Notes: generated by a model not told the origin, from the sequence alone. 64,000 nt of DNA from Protoeuglena noctilucae (GCA_958009085.1 OY253674.1:1-64000), one strand, 5' to 3'. Counted from the first letter of the stretch, positions 49,601-61,403 are shown. A program made the numbers and translations.

Positions 49601-52600
49601 GAGCATCCAATTAGACGAGGAGCACATCAGCGGCAGCCCCTTTCAAACCCCCGTGGCTCGATTAGACGTCGACCAATCGCACGGCGACCTATCGGCGCAA
49701 TTGGGCTTCTCGTCAGAACTGGTGTTTGCGTGGGGGAGGGACACGAGCGGCGCGGTGCTGCGTGATCCGAGAGAAGACCAGGACATATACGGCTTCAGCT
49801 CTCTGATGGCAATGATGGATAGGGAAGCGGTCAAGGCGCAGGTGAGGGGGGGGTGCATGGGTTGGTGATATCAGCATGTGTTAGTATGTGAATTGATGTG
49901 TTGGTATGTGATATTGATCATCCAGCTCTCTCATGGCATTGATGGACAGGGAAGGGGTCAAGGCGCAGGTGAGGGGGGAATGGGATGCGGGATGGGACGC
50001 AATGGCTTGTTAAAACACCGCGGATGCGAGGGAGGCAGTTGATACCCATCCCAATCGTCTTAATTCCTGTCAATCAACCAATCCATCCCGGTATCCCTTA
50101 TGACTGCCATCCGCAGAGGGCCGCAGATGCGAGGGAGGCAGTTGATACCCATCCAACTAATGTCAATCAATGCAAATAGTCAATTATCTATATCTCCCAT
50201 CCTCGTCTCTCTCCGCAGAGGGCCGCGGATGCCAGGGAGGCAGCACGGGCGTCGATGGGGGCCAAGGGGGCAGGGGCATCCAAGGTGCTGATGCTGGGGA
50301 ACTTCCAAATCAAACTGGCAGAGATGGGGAAGGAGGGTGGCGGCGGAGGTGGCAGTGGGGGTGGCAGTGGGGGTGCGGATGCGGGTGCGGGTGCGGGTGT
50401 GGGTGGCAATGCGGGTGGTGGCAGCACAGGTGGCAAGGGTGCAACAGTGGGAAAGCATTTGCAGGCATTGGGCGCCGCGAAGCTGAGCCGGTGGCAGCGC
50501 GCGGGAGAACGTGCTTTGGAGCGCGAGCGTGAGGTGACGCAGGTGCAGATCACGCAAGAGGTGTCGCGCGTGATGCTCAAGCCACGCATGCTGACGAAAC
50601 AAGAGAAGTCGAAACGACTGGATAAGGATCTGGATTACCAGGCGCGGCGTCACGTGGCGGTGGTGGCGATGCACGCGAGCAGAGCGGCGGAGGCGATGGG
50701 GGCGGGGGCGGGGGCGGTGGCGGGGCTGGTGGGGGACAGGGCGAAATACGAGGCGCTGGAGGTGAGGGGGTGTGGGGGTTATATGTGACAGTGATCGTGA
50801 TAACTATATGTGATGGATAGCATTGGTAGTGTTGGTGGGCGACAGGGCGAAATACGAGGCGTTGAAGGTGAGGGGACATGTGAATATGTTTGCGTGGCTG
50901 TGTGGCGACCGCTGGCTCTGCATCAACAGCGCACCGCTGTGCCTGAGCTCAGCAACAGGGCGTCGTGGGCCGTCACAGGCGCACACATGGGTACCTGTCT
51001 TCTCTTTGACCCTCCTTTTCCAAACCAACACAACGGACTGACATCTCACCAAACCATCTTATCAATCCCCATTCCCCCATCCCCCCCGGTCCGCGTTGTC
51101 ACCCTACATTGACTCCTCATCTCAATCCCCCTTATCACCCGCAGTCCGCGTTGTCGTCCCGCCCCGAGCCCCGCGTGGTTCGCGAGGACCCCACCACTGC
51201 GGAATTGCTGCCGTGGAGCGACGCCACGCTGACATTCAAATCCCAAACACAGGGGGTGGGGGTGGGGGCGGCGATGGGGTACACGCGGGCCGCGGGGCTG
51301 CAAGTGCTGGCGGAGGAGAGGACCAGGTGAGGGGTGGGGTGGTGATCAATGTGATTGATGTGATTGGGTGAATGGGTGATATTGTAGATGGTGGTCAGGT
51401 GTTGGTGGAGGGGAGGACCAGGTGAGGGGGGTGGGGTGGTGGTGATCGATTGCAGTGGGGGGTAGATGCTATGGTCAGGTGCTGCTCTCACCCTCACCCT
51501 CACCCCCACTCTCACTCCCACTCTCACCACCACCACCCCTATCACTCTTACTATCACCCCCCCCCCCCCCCCCCCCCCCCCCATCACAACCCCAGGCGCC
51601 ACCTTCGCGAGGAGATGCGTCGCGCGGCGGACCCCACGGCCGCGTCATCTGACGTTTCGGAATCCGAGGGGGCGGAGGCAGAGGCGTCTCTGCTGCCACC
51701 CGCGCTGCGCCACATGTACCGACTAAAGCTGCGGGCGGGGAGGGGGGGCGTGGCGGGGAGGGAGGCGGAGGTGGGGGAAGAGGAGGTGAGGGGGGGGGGG
51801 GGGGGGGGTGGGGGTCTGGTTTGATAACTGTGGCAATTGACGACCTGAGACAACTGCCACAGCTAGCAGCTGTTAATGGCTGTGTGCACATGCTGTGGCA
51901 TGGCGTGTCTGTCATCATGTAGATGTAATCAGAGTGCATTGCATTGTTTCCCATCGCTCTTCGCAAACCGTACGTGCTCGCAGGGCAGCTCTGGCGGGAG
52001 TGGCGAGGGCGCCGCGTTGTTGACGGACAGCGAGGGGAGCCGGGCATCGGATCGTTCATCGCAATCGGAGGCGGGGCAGGGGGGCGCGGGGTCGGATGGG
52101 TCGTCGGGGGATGGGAGCGAGGGGAGCGGGGACGAGGGGGATCCCGACGCCAACCTGCTGCACGGGTGAGTGTTACATGAGTGTTATGTAAGTGTTATAC
52201 GAGTGGGGACAGCTGGGATGGCAGGTTGGTAGGATAGATGCTCACATTCTGCACGGGTGAGGGTGGGAGTGGGTGTACAGGGATGGCGTGATGGCACCCC
52301 CCATGGCTGTGTTGTTGTGATCTTCTTACATACCCCTCAGTCACTAACACCCCGCTGCCCACCCTTCCCCCCCCAGCCTTGGCATCACACACACGTCCCG
52401 CATCGTGCTGGGGAGCGAGGTGGCGCAGAAGCTGATGGGCCGGCTGGGGATGGAGGTGCCGCGATATTATGCAAGGACGCATGCGCCGAGGAGGGTGGGG
52501 GCGGAGGGGGAGCCTCCGAAGAGGACGGGGGGGTGCGACAAGCCGTGGGAAGAGGAGGAGAGGGTGAGGGTATGGAGAGGGGGTGTGGTGAAGAGGGGGT

Positions 52601-53355
52601 GTGAAGTGGGGGGAGGGGTGGTGATGGCATGTCATGGGAAGAGGAGGGGAGGGGAAGGTATGGAGAGGATGGTGGAGTGGAGGGTGTAGAGAGACGAGGC
52701 ATCGCGAAGAGCACGTCATATCTCATCGCTGCGTCATCTCTAGTCTTTCTCTCTCCCCGCAGCCCCTGACGCGCCGCGAGGAGCGGCTGCGGGTGCAGGA
52801 CGCGCTGTGGCGTGGACTGGGGGAGGGGCCGCCCGTCGAGGACGCGGTGCGGCAGGGGTCGACGTTCCTCAAGGTGTGAAACGCGATCACTGGCACGTGA
52901 CTGGAGTGGCCCGAACAGAGTGGTGGGGACAGGCACGTAACACACGATCATGCACATTCTGATTGCAGTGTGACGTGCTCTATCACTCCATCTCTTCCAC
53001 GCGTCTCTTTTCACATATGTCTATCTCCCTTTTCCTATATCCGCAGCAATTGGAGGACCAGATGTCGCAGGAGATATCGCTCGTGCCGCACGCGGGGCGC
53101 GAGGCGGCCAAGGGGGCAGGGCGCTACAGCAGGCCCAGCCGGCCCGGCCACCTGTCCTCCGCGGAGGGTGGCTTCGCGGGAGGGGGTGCCGGGGCGGGGC
53201 CGCGGGGGCCGCAGAGCCCGGGGAGGGGCCCAGCAAGGCTCAACACGCTGAGGCCCAGAGGGGCGGGGGCGGTCGCTGCAGGGCCTCCCTCGCCGGGGAG
53301 GGCCGCGGGGACCGCACCGTGGGGATCCGCGCCCGTGCCGCAGCCGCAGCGGTAG
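37682..53355 (+). CDS. Large filamin/ABP280-repeat protein (>25 exons)
   Basis: Repeated filamin Ig motifs: FRVVACDQAGNRRTRGGEDFEV, DLEDGRY..GSYEVHV..NSP, DNHDGTWDV, ARDKFRN..GGEDFNV, DLGNGLYQV, HDKFGN, DNNDGTYTVSYVP, DTYGNRLLKGGESF, EHISGSPF. Low-complexity termini; start and end exons tentative. Confidence 0.82.
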
Positions 53356-53543
53356 TTGTTGCGTCAGATAAGCGTGCTTGTTTGTGTGTTCTTATACCCC
53401 GCTTGTGTCAATCCGTCTTTGTTCGCCCGCGGCCGTGTCTTCTGGCCGTGTCTTAGCTCTATGTATTAGATACTCGTGAATGAAAGCACTGAGAAGAGAA
53501 CGCGAGCGCACAGTCGCGGAGTAGAGCGAACTAGCACCTCGAC

Positions 53544-54617
53544 ATGGCCAGGGCCCGTCCTTGCGCGTGCTCTCTGCCTCCGAGATCGCGGACCCTGCTT
53601 CGCGCGCATCTCTCGCAGACCGTGTTCGGACCGGCGCCGAGTTGCTGCCCTGCCGCGTCGCACGTCCGCTTTGCCAAGCAACGTGTACGCGCCCAGCGTT
53701 CCGACGATGCCCGCGCGGTCCCGATGCCGGAGGGAAAGGAGGGGGTGGAGTACAAGGACTCCTTGACGGATATCGCCTTCATCGCGCTGTGCAGGTGGCT
53801 GCGCGAAGGGCTGGATGTTGGCCCACGTGAGCCAAGCACTGGCGAGGATGTTACTTAGCGCTCCCGGCTCGCAGGGTCGCGTACGGGAACATTGCTGGCT
53901 TCCAGAGCAAGCAGAGCTGGGTCGACGGCCCTTCCACGTTCCGCGGGATGGTGGAAGTGTCTGCTGCGGTCATGCGGGGGCGGTCAGGGGGCGAGGTGGC
54001 CGAGCGAGTCATCTCTGGGTGCGTCACGTTTGGCATCCACGCCATGTGACACTCTCCCATCCCATCCTAACTCCACTGACTCGCCACTCTTACTGCACGT
54101 GTCATCTCTGGGTGAGACATGTTGTGGCATCATCGCCATGTGACACGCGCCCGCAAGACCACCGACTCGCCACTCTTGCTGCAGGTTCCCCCAGGTGCCG
54201 CCGTGGTTCCGCAAAGTCTTCCCCTACTCCAAGTGGGGCGCGGAGCTCAACGCGCGCATCACGCCCGCGTTCTTCCAGTGGCTCGTGGGCCCTTGCGAGC
54301 CGGTGGACATCGAGGTCCCAGGGGCGGGCACCCAGCGCAGCGGCGTCAAGATCCAACGATGCCGGTACCTTGCCGAGAGCGGGTGCAAGGCCATGTGCGT
54401 CAACCTGTGCAAGCAGCCCACGCAGACCTTCTTCACCGAGCAGCTCGGCATGCCGCTGACCATGGAGCCCGACTTTGAGACATTGGAGTGCACGATGAAG
54501 TTTGGCGTGCACCCCAGCCCAATAGCTGATGACCCCGTCATGCAGCAGCCATGCTGGTCGACGTGCGCGGTCGTCGGCGCGCCCGCCGGGCCGTGCCCGT
54601 CCATCGCGGATCATTAG
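53544..54617 (+). CDS. Beta-carotene isomerase D27-like protein
   Basis: Transit-like N-terminus; YKDSLTD; FFQWLVGPCE; VKIQRCRYLAESGCKAMCVNLCKQPTQTFF..LGMPLTMEPDFETLECTMKFG. Confidence 0.92.
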
Positions 54618-54984
54618 GGGTTGCAAGGGCTGTAGGGGCTGTGGTAGCTGATAGGGGCTGCAGGGGCTCTGGTGGGGCCTGTCGGCGCAACGCCAGTCAG
54701 ATCTTCACCCTAGCATGGCTTCCACGCTTGCCCGCTCGCCCGCTCGCACCACAAAATCCTCAAGTGAAGAACAAAGACGTCGCTAAGTCAAGATGATCGG
54801 CAGGATGTCGCTTGCGCGGGTGAGAGGGCTTCTTAGGGTGCTGGTGCCATCGAGGGGCACGCCTGGGCCTTATCCGCGCATCTCGACGCACCGTAATCGT
54901 CTATCGTGCAATGATGTATGATTTAATGGCCATCGATGCCGCTCTCGTGCTCTCCAAGGCCACGTTTGAGCAGATCATGGCGGC

Positions 54985-55561
54985 ATGGAGCCCGTCCCTG
55001 ACCCTGAGGTCCGATCCCGCCATCCACAGGCCGCTGTCGTCCCAGGGACGATGCGTGTCGCGCGCGCCCAGGTCGTGCGCATGTCCGGCGCCAAGCCCCC
55101 CTCCGGGTGTGATGCCGATGCGACGCCATCGCGTGCTCGCTGGCCGCCCCTCGGACGTATCGGGCGCCTCGCATTAACGCTGAGATGGCGCTTGGGCCAC
55201 TGAGACGCGACGCTGCCTCGCATCGCGCCCGGCTCGCAGGTCGGAGGGTGGCAAGTCGGAGGGCAAGCCACTTGGGGAGAAGATGAGCGAGACGGTGCAG
55301 AGCGCGAAGGACAAGACCAGCGAGGCCGCGAGCCAGGCGAAGGAGAAGCTGCAGGAGAAGACCAGCGAGGCGGCCAACAAGGCGTCCTCCACCGTCGGCA
55401 GCGCGAGGGACGCCGCGGCCGAGACGGCGGAGAAGGTCCGCGAGGCGACCGGCGAGGCGGGAACGAGCGAGGGTACTTCGGAGGGCACATCGGAGGGCAC
55501 CAGCGAGGGTACCAGCGAGGGTACCAGCGAGGGCACGAGCGAGGAGGAGGCGAAGCAGTGA
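54985..55561 (+). CDS. LEA (group 3)-like hydrophilic protein
   Basis: AKDKTSEAASQAKEKLQEKTSEAA-type repeats followed by about 7 TSEG repeats; one intron. Start codon uncertain. Confidence 0.6.
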
Positions 55562-56069
55562 AGTTAACAATCACGCGAGGCGGGCGCTGCGCTTGGTTGT
55601 CGAGGACGGGTTCAGAGATTGAACGCGTGCTCTTCTGACGCAGATCTCCTGGCACAAAGATGATTGCGTAGCTCGCTGCCAGCCTGCGGCACGGGGAGGG
55701 CAATGTCGGCCAGCTGCAGGTCGTGATGTCATGCACTCGCGCACCCACTTACCGCAAAATGACCTCATTTGGAACATCGTCGAGATGGACTCGCCCTACG
55801 AGCTTGAGGATGTGGACGCCGCCGATGCAGAAGCGGACATCGCAGGGACAGGTAACGCGCGTTCGACCGCGCGGCCGCTCGCGGGCCTGCATATCTGCGC
55901 ACGTAATCGAGCTCTGCAGTGTCTGCGGCGCACTGTTGAACCGCTAGGCGGCGGGGAGACGCGCACCGTCTGCTGCTGCGACGGGATTCATGACAAAGTT
56001 GACCCGACGTCACGTTGGCGCCCAGGGCCCCAAGCGGGAGGCCCACGCTCGAGCGGAGGACGAGGGGTC

Positions 56070-59000
56070 ATGACGGAGGGCCTGCGCCGGCTGGGCGACG
56101 CCGTGCGGTCCCGCGCGCCGCTCGGCAAGGTGCGAGCTGCGCGCTCCCACTCTGCTCTGCCTCGAGCGTTTGACGATAAGCGATGCTACGAGCAAGCTTA
56201 AAACGCTCACCGAGCGCTCGTTCCTCCCGCGCAGGTCCTGCCTTCGCGCCCGGGCGACCTGCGCGACCCCTTGAAGGCGATCGGAATGCTCTTAGCCGTG
56301 CGCGTTGCGGGGGCGCTCTTCGGCATGGCTCAGCGGCTCGTAATGCGCGATGACGATTCCGGCGCCGAGAGCGAGACGAGCGAGGTCACGGAGGCGTCCG
56401 AGGAGGCGGCGCAGGCGTTGGACGCTTCAGAAGAGGTCGACCTGGACGAGCTCGAGTCTTACGGCGACGACAACAGGCGCGTAGCGATCGATATAGATGC
56501 TAGTTGCGAGCAGGCGCGCGTGTGCGGCTGTACAGCCGCGCTCACCGGGCGATTGCGACGTGCGCAGTGCCCCGGCGTCGCGGCGTTCGGCGGATTGGGA
56601 AGCGGACGCGGCTGCGTCTCCGGGAGTACTTCACGCGTTTCAGGGAAGCCAAATCATCACGTACATCGGTGAGAGTCCGCGCCAGGAGTGCCTCGCTGTG
56701 ATGCAGATGTTCGCGTGAGTCGGCATGCACACCAATGCACCAGCCAGTGTTTCACCGATTGACCAAGCGACGCTCCTCGACGCAGAGACGGCACACGCGG
56801 ACTCTGCGCGCGCGGCGCTTAGTCGTGGCGTGGATGCCGATGCGGGCGTGTACAACACGGTGATGCCCGTCGAGGCGGGGGGCAAACGCCTGGGGGAGCG
56901 GCAGTGGGCGGCATCAGAGGAGGCGGGGACGGCGGATGCGGGGGAGGGGCGGGGACGCGTCCACACGCCACACAAAGGAGAGGTGTGTGTTGGACGCATG
57001 GTGGCACCGTGCTTGCATGAGTGGGCTAGCTCGGTCAAGTGGGTACCGATATGTCATGCATACTAATGACTCTCCTTTGCCCTCAGAGGCGCGTTCTCGT
57101 CCTCATCTACGCCCCCCGGGACCACGGGGGCTTCAAACAACAGCCGCTGGCCGTGCTGGGGGGCGCCACGCTGCTGCGGCACACGGCCGGCAACGCGATG
57201 GGGTGCACGGCGGCGGCGGCGGTGGCGGTGGCGACAGACGACCCCGAATGCGCGGCGGAGGCGGCGGCGGCGGGGGTGGCGCACGTGGTGACGATGCCCA
57301 AAGAGACGGAGCAGGTGAGGGAACCGGTGGGGAGGGAAGGGAATGGTTGAGGTCTTACCTGCGCAGCAACCCTCGTCAGTCCCGATGATGGGCGCACTGA
57401 GTAACTGTCCGCTTTCTGTCTCACATCACATTTCCCTACCCTTGCCATCGTCATTCACTCCACTCTTCCTCTCTCCATCGCAGTCCTTCATGGCCAAACT
57501 CGACACGGCCGCGTACGTCACGGCGGAGCTTAAGCAACTGCACAACCTGGCATTCCAAGCGGTGGTGGTCATACCCACCACGTGCCCCCTCTTCACGCAC
57601 GAGTGAGGGGGCATGCAGCGCTGGCTGCGTGGTTGCTGTTCGGCACAGCAACTTGTGCTTGGATGTGCGCTGTTGCGCTCATAGAAATCCCCATGTTGCC
57701 CTCCCTATGCACTCCCATGCCATGCCCCATCCATATCAACCATTTACTTACATCAACCATCTTACCGTATCCCATCGATATTCACATGCGCCCCTCTCGT
57801 GCTTTCTCACCCCAGGCACCTGTCAGCCGCGGTGCACCTCTCGCGTCGGTGTGCCGCGGGCGTCCTGGCCCTGCGTCGCCGCGTGGGGGACATCCCGGAC
57901 CTGCACCGTGCCCTGCGAGTGACGATGGACGGGGGCGGGCAGGCCACGCACCTGGTGCGCATGACGGGGCACAGCATGCGAGACGACGACCTAGTCCTGT
58001 TACTGACGGGTATCACGGTCTATGGATCCGAGGTGCTGTCGCTCGCGGGGGTGATCCACGGCACCTACACCGCTAAGCGCATCGGCATTGAGGAGATCAC
58101 TGTGATGGAGTCGGGGTACAGGCTGGGGGTGGAGGAAGTGGGCATGTGGGGGGACATGGGCGTGTGCGAGACGGAGGGGGAGCTGCGGGAGATGCAGGTG
58201 AGGGAGGGGAGAGGAGGGGTGGGGTGGGGGCGTGAGTGGGAGGTGTGATGAGAGTGGTTGGGTTGTTGCATGAGGTGCTGCGGTGTTGCACGTGCACATA
58301 TGTGGCTGTTCGTGTACCCAGCGACACCGTGGACCCAACCCATGCTTGTCTTCCCTCCCTTACCACCTGCATGCTCAGTCACCCCTCGGCCAGCCAGCCA
58401 TTCATCGTCCTGCACGTGGCCCCCATTCGCAGGCTTCCCTCCCTTCCCTCGCTGCATCCTTCCCCAGCACTGTCGGCATGGGCAAGGGGGCGAGCGCTGT
58501 GTCACAGCAGAAGAGGGCCCCGTCGCATGCCGTGAGCCTGGAGAGCGCCAGCAGCGAGGCGGGACGCGAGGGGGAGGGGCGGGCCAAGAGAGGCGAGGGC
58601 GGGGGGGAGAGGGGGGCTGCGACGAAGCAAGAGGGGGCGAGGGGTGGGGAAGAGGCGGGTGCGGTGGGGGCGAAACCACAGGGGAAGGCAGGGGCGGGGC
58701 TGGCGGGTGCGGGTGATGATCAGAAGGGAGGGGCTGGGTCACGGAAGGATGGAGAAATGAGAACGGGGGAGGCGAAGGGTGCGGGAGGGCACGAGGGTTC
58801 ACGCAAGGGCGAGAGGGAGGGTGAGAGGGAGGGTAGGCAGGGTGCCAAGGTGGTCGACTCATCGGCTATAAGCGGGGATGGAGATGGTCGCCGGGTCGAG
58901 TCGGGTGGTGGCAAGCAGGGCTCGGGTGCGCAAGGCCGGCAGGGTGAGGCGGTGGCGGAGAGCGACGGTGCGGGGAGCGCAGGGGACCAACCGGGGCGGG

Positions 59001-60581
59001 AGGCGGCTCATGCGGGACAGAATGGCGTGGCTGCAAAAGGCGCAAGGACAGCAGAAGGCGCCTGTGAGCCCTGGGGCAAAGGGCGCTGGGGAGCCATCAG
59101 CACCGACGGCAAATGGAGGGCCGGCCAAGGGTACTGCAGCTGCGAGTGCCAGCCACGCAGCTGGGTACGCAACTGCACCGGCTCAAGACTCTGGGTCTGC
59201 ACGGGCACAGGCGTCCGCGCACCCGCCATCGCCCACGGTTGCGGCTACAGCTGCGGCTGCAGCTGCGGCTGCGGCTGCGGCTGCAACCATGGCTGCGGCT
59301 GCGGCTGGGCCCGTCCCGGCGCATACTTCCAAAGCCGATGCATCCGCCGCGACCCCCGGGAGTGCTCGGCAAGAGCGGCCTGCGCTGGCCGGCGCGACAG
59401 CCATTGCGGCACTGCCCGGCAAGGGCGGAGGGGCGTTTGGGTCTGGCAGCACACCCGGGGCGGCGGGGGAGGCAAACGGGGTCGCCTTGTCTAATGGAGG
59501 AGTTGCGGCCCAGGGTAAACCCGGCGAGGTCATTGCGATCAGCATGGACGCACGAGGGGCACCGACATTGCTCTCGACAACAGCAACAGCCGCAGCCGCA
59601 GCCCCCGCCGCTCCCCCCGCGTCCATCCCGCGTCTGGCGGCGAGCGAGATCCAGCCGGTCGCCGGAGTCAACAACGCTGCCGCTCTCCCCCCCGTCGCCG
59701 CCCCCATGTCTGCTCCGGTGTCCGCGAGCGGTGGGTGGAGCGCCGCGAGGGCGGCGGTCGCACAGGGCAATTGGAGGCTGGCGTCGTCGGCTGTCAAGGC
59801 AGCCGCGCAGTGGAAGTCGGGGGCGTGGAAGGGCGGTGCAGCAACGGCAGCGGCACCCGCCGTCGCCTCCGCCGCTCCCACGCTGCTGGAGGGGGCAGTC
59901 CCGGGTCCCAACAACACGCTTTCTACCGGCTTCCCGCCGGGATCGAAGGCGGCTGTTCCGGCGCTGGAGGCGGCGGTCCCGGGCTCCAACTTCGCCTCGC
60001 CCACCGCTTCACCCCCGGGGTCCAAGCCTGGGAGTCCCCCTGGCGCGCAGACCTCGGGGAGCGGGAAGGACGCCTCTCCGGAGCAGGCGTCGCCCGTCGC
60101 GTCGTCGATCGCCGAGAAACTGCTGCAGTGGAAGAACAGCGCACTGCGCAAGACGGCGGGCACGGGCAAGGCGGACGCCGAGGCGCCAGGCGGGGCGCGC
60201 ACGAGCGTGGCTTCTTTGGCGAGTAAGCTCATGTCATGGTCGTCGAACGCCAAGGACGGGCAGGGGCAGGTGAGATGCTCGCGGTGGCGGGGGCAGGTGC
60301 ATGTGCCGGCTGCCTGGCCGTCAGCGTCCCCTTCCGCCGCACTTCCGCAGGCCGGGTCTAGCGTGTCGTCGCAGGCCAGCTCGCCAGGCGCCTCGGCGTG
60401 GAAAGACGTCGCTGCGAGCCCCGCTGCGAGCCAGGCCAGCTCCGAAGTCTCGACGGGAACGTGGACCCCGTCAGGCGCGGCGTGGCAGGCCGTGCCGCCT
60501 CCGGCCATACCTGTCGGGAAGCTCGCCTCACAGATCACGCTCAACCGGAGGAGCCGGCTCGTCCAGGGCTCCACGGGATGA
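56070..60581 (+). CDS. Protein with CMP-Neu5Ac/CMP-Kdo synthetase-like (cytidylyltransferase) domain, N-terminal hydrophobic segment and long Gly/Ala/Ser-rich tail
   Basis: VLVLIYAPRDHGGFKQQPLAVLGGATLLRHT..A..., VAVATDDPECAAEA, VVVIPTTCPLF follow the NeuA/KdsB pattern. Exon chain read by eye. Confidence 0.6.
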
Positions 60582-60774
60582 GGATTGTGTCTGGCAGCGC
60601 TGACAACGCGAGTTTTGCGCAAGCAAAGCCCTCCGATTTTGGTGTACTTTCCTCTTTTTCATAGTTGTGCCACGCAGCGTCCTCGGCCGTCCCGGTTGAT
60701 CGATCGCGTGTTCGCGCGGGCGCCAGCACCGTCCCTGCTCCCGTTTGCGCTCGCTCGCCCTGTTCTCTTAAGCC

Positions 60775-61403
60775 ATGCTTGCTTGGAAGGGCGGCAAGAG
60801 AAAGGGAGCGCAGGAGCGGGCGGGCGTGAACAAGCATCCCTTGCGGTGAGCTGTTGGCACTGCACGTGCGTGCCTCTTTTGAAGCGACCGCTTGAAGTAA
60901 TGGTGACTGCAAGGCTGCATCGGGCAGCGTGGCCAGGCGTGCGACGCGAGCAGTGGCACGGGCTTCACCGCTGGCCAACCTGCCACCGCCCGATGCCAGG
61001 CTCGATGAGTACCGTTTCGTGCGTGAGGAGGCCCCGAAAGGGAGCAAAGACGGCGACAAGCCGGGAGGAGCAGGCGCGGGCGGCCAGGGCAACGACATGT
61101 ACCAGGAGCTGATCGACCTCGCTCGCAGGTGAGGGGCAGCTGGGGGCATTAGGGCCCTTCTGGCCATTCCCAGTCCTGGCAACACACCTCAATCGTTCGC
61201 TTTGCAGGAAGAAGGAGAAGAATGCGGCCAAGCCACGGAAGCCCAAAGCCGACGCGGGGAAGGCCAAGCCGAAGCCGCTGCCGCCGTGGGGCCTGCAGGC
61301 CCGGGGCCTGAAGCTCCCCCACGGTTCGCTAGACCTGGCCGCGATCGACATCGAGTCGCGGGAGCACGAGGCGCCCGAGAGCAGCGACGACCCTGCGCCG
61401 TAG
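60775..61403 (+). CDS. Small hypothetical basic protein
   Basis: Three exons join in frame (MLAWKGGKRK..., ...MYQELIDLARR|KKEKNAAK...); GC3-rich codons. Confidence 0.5.
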
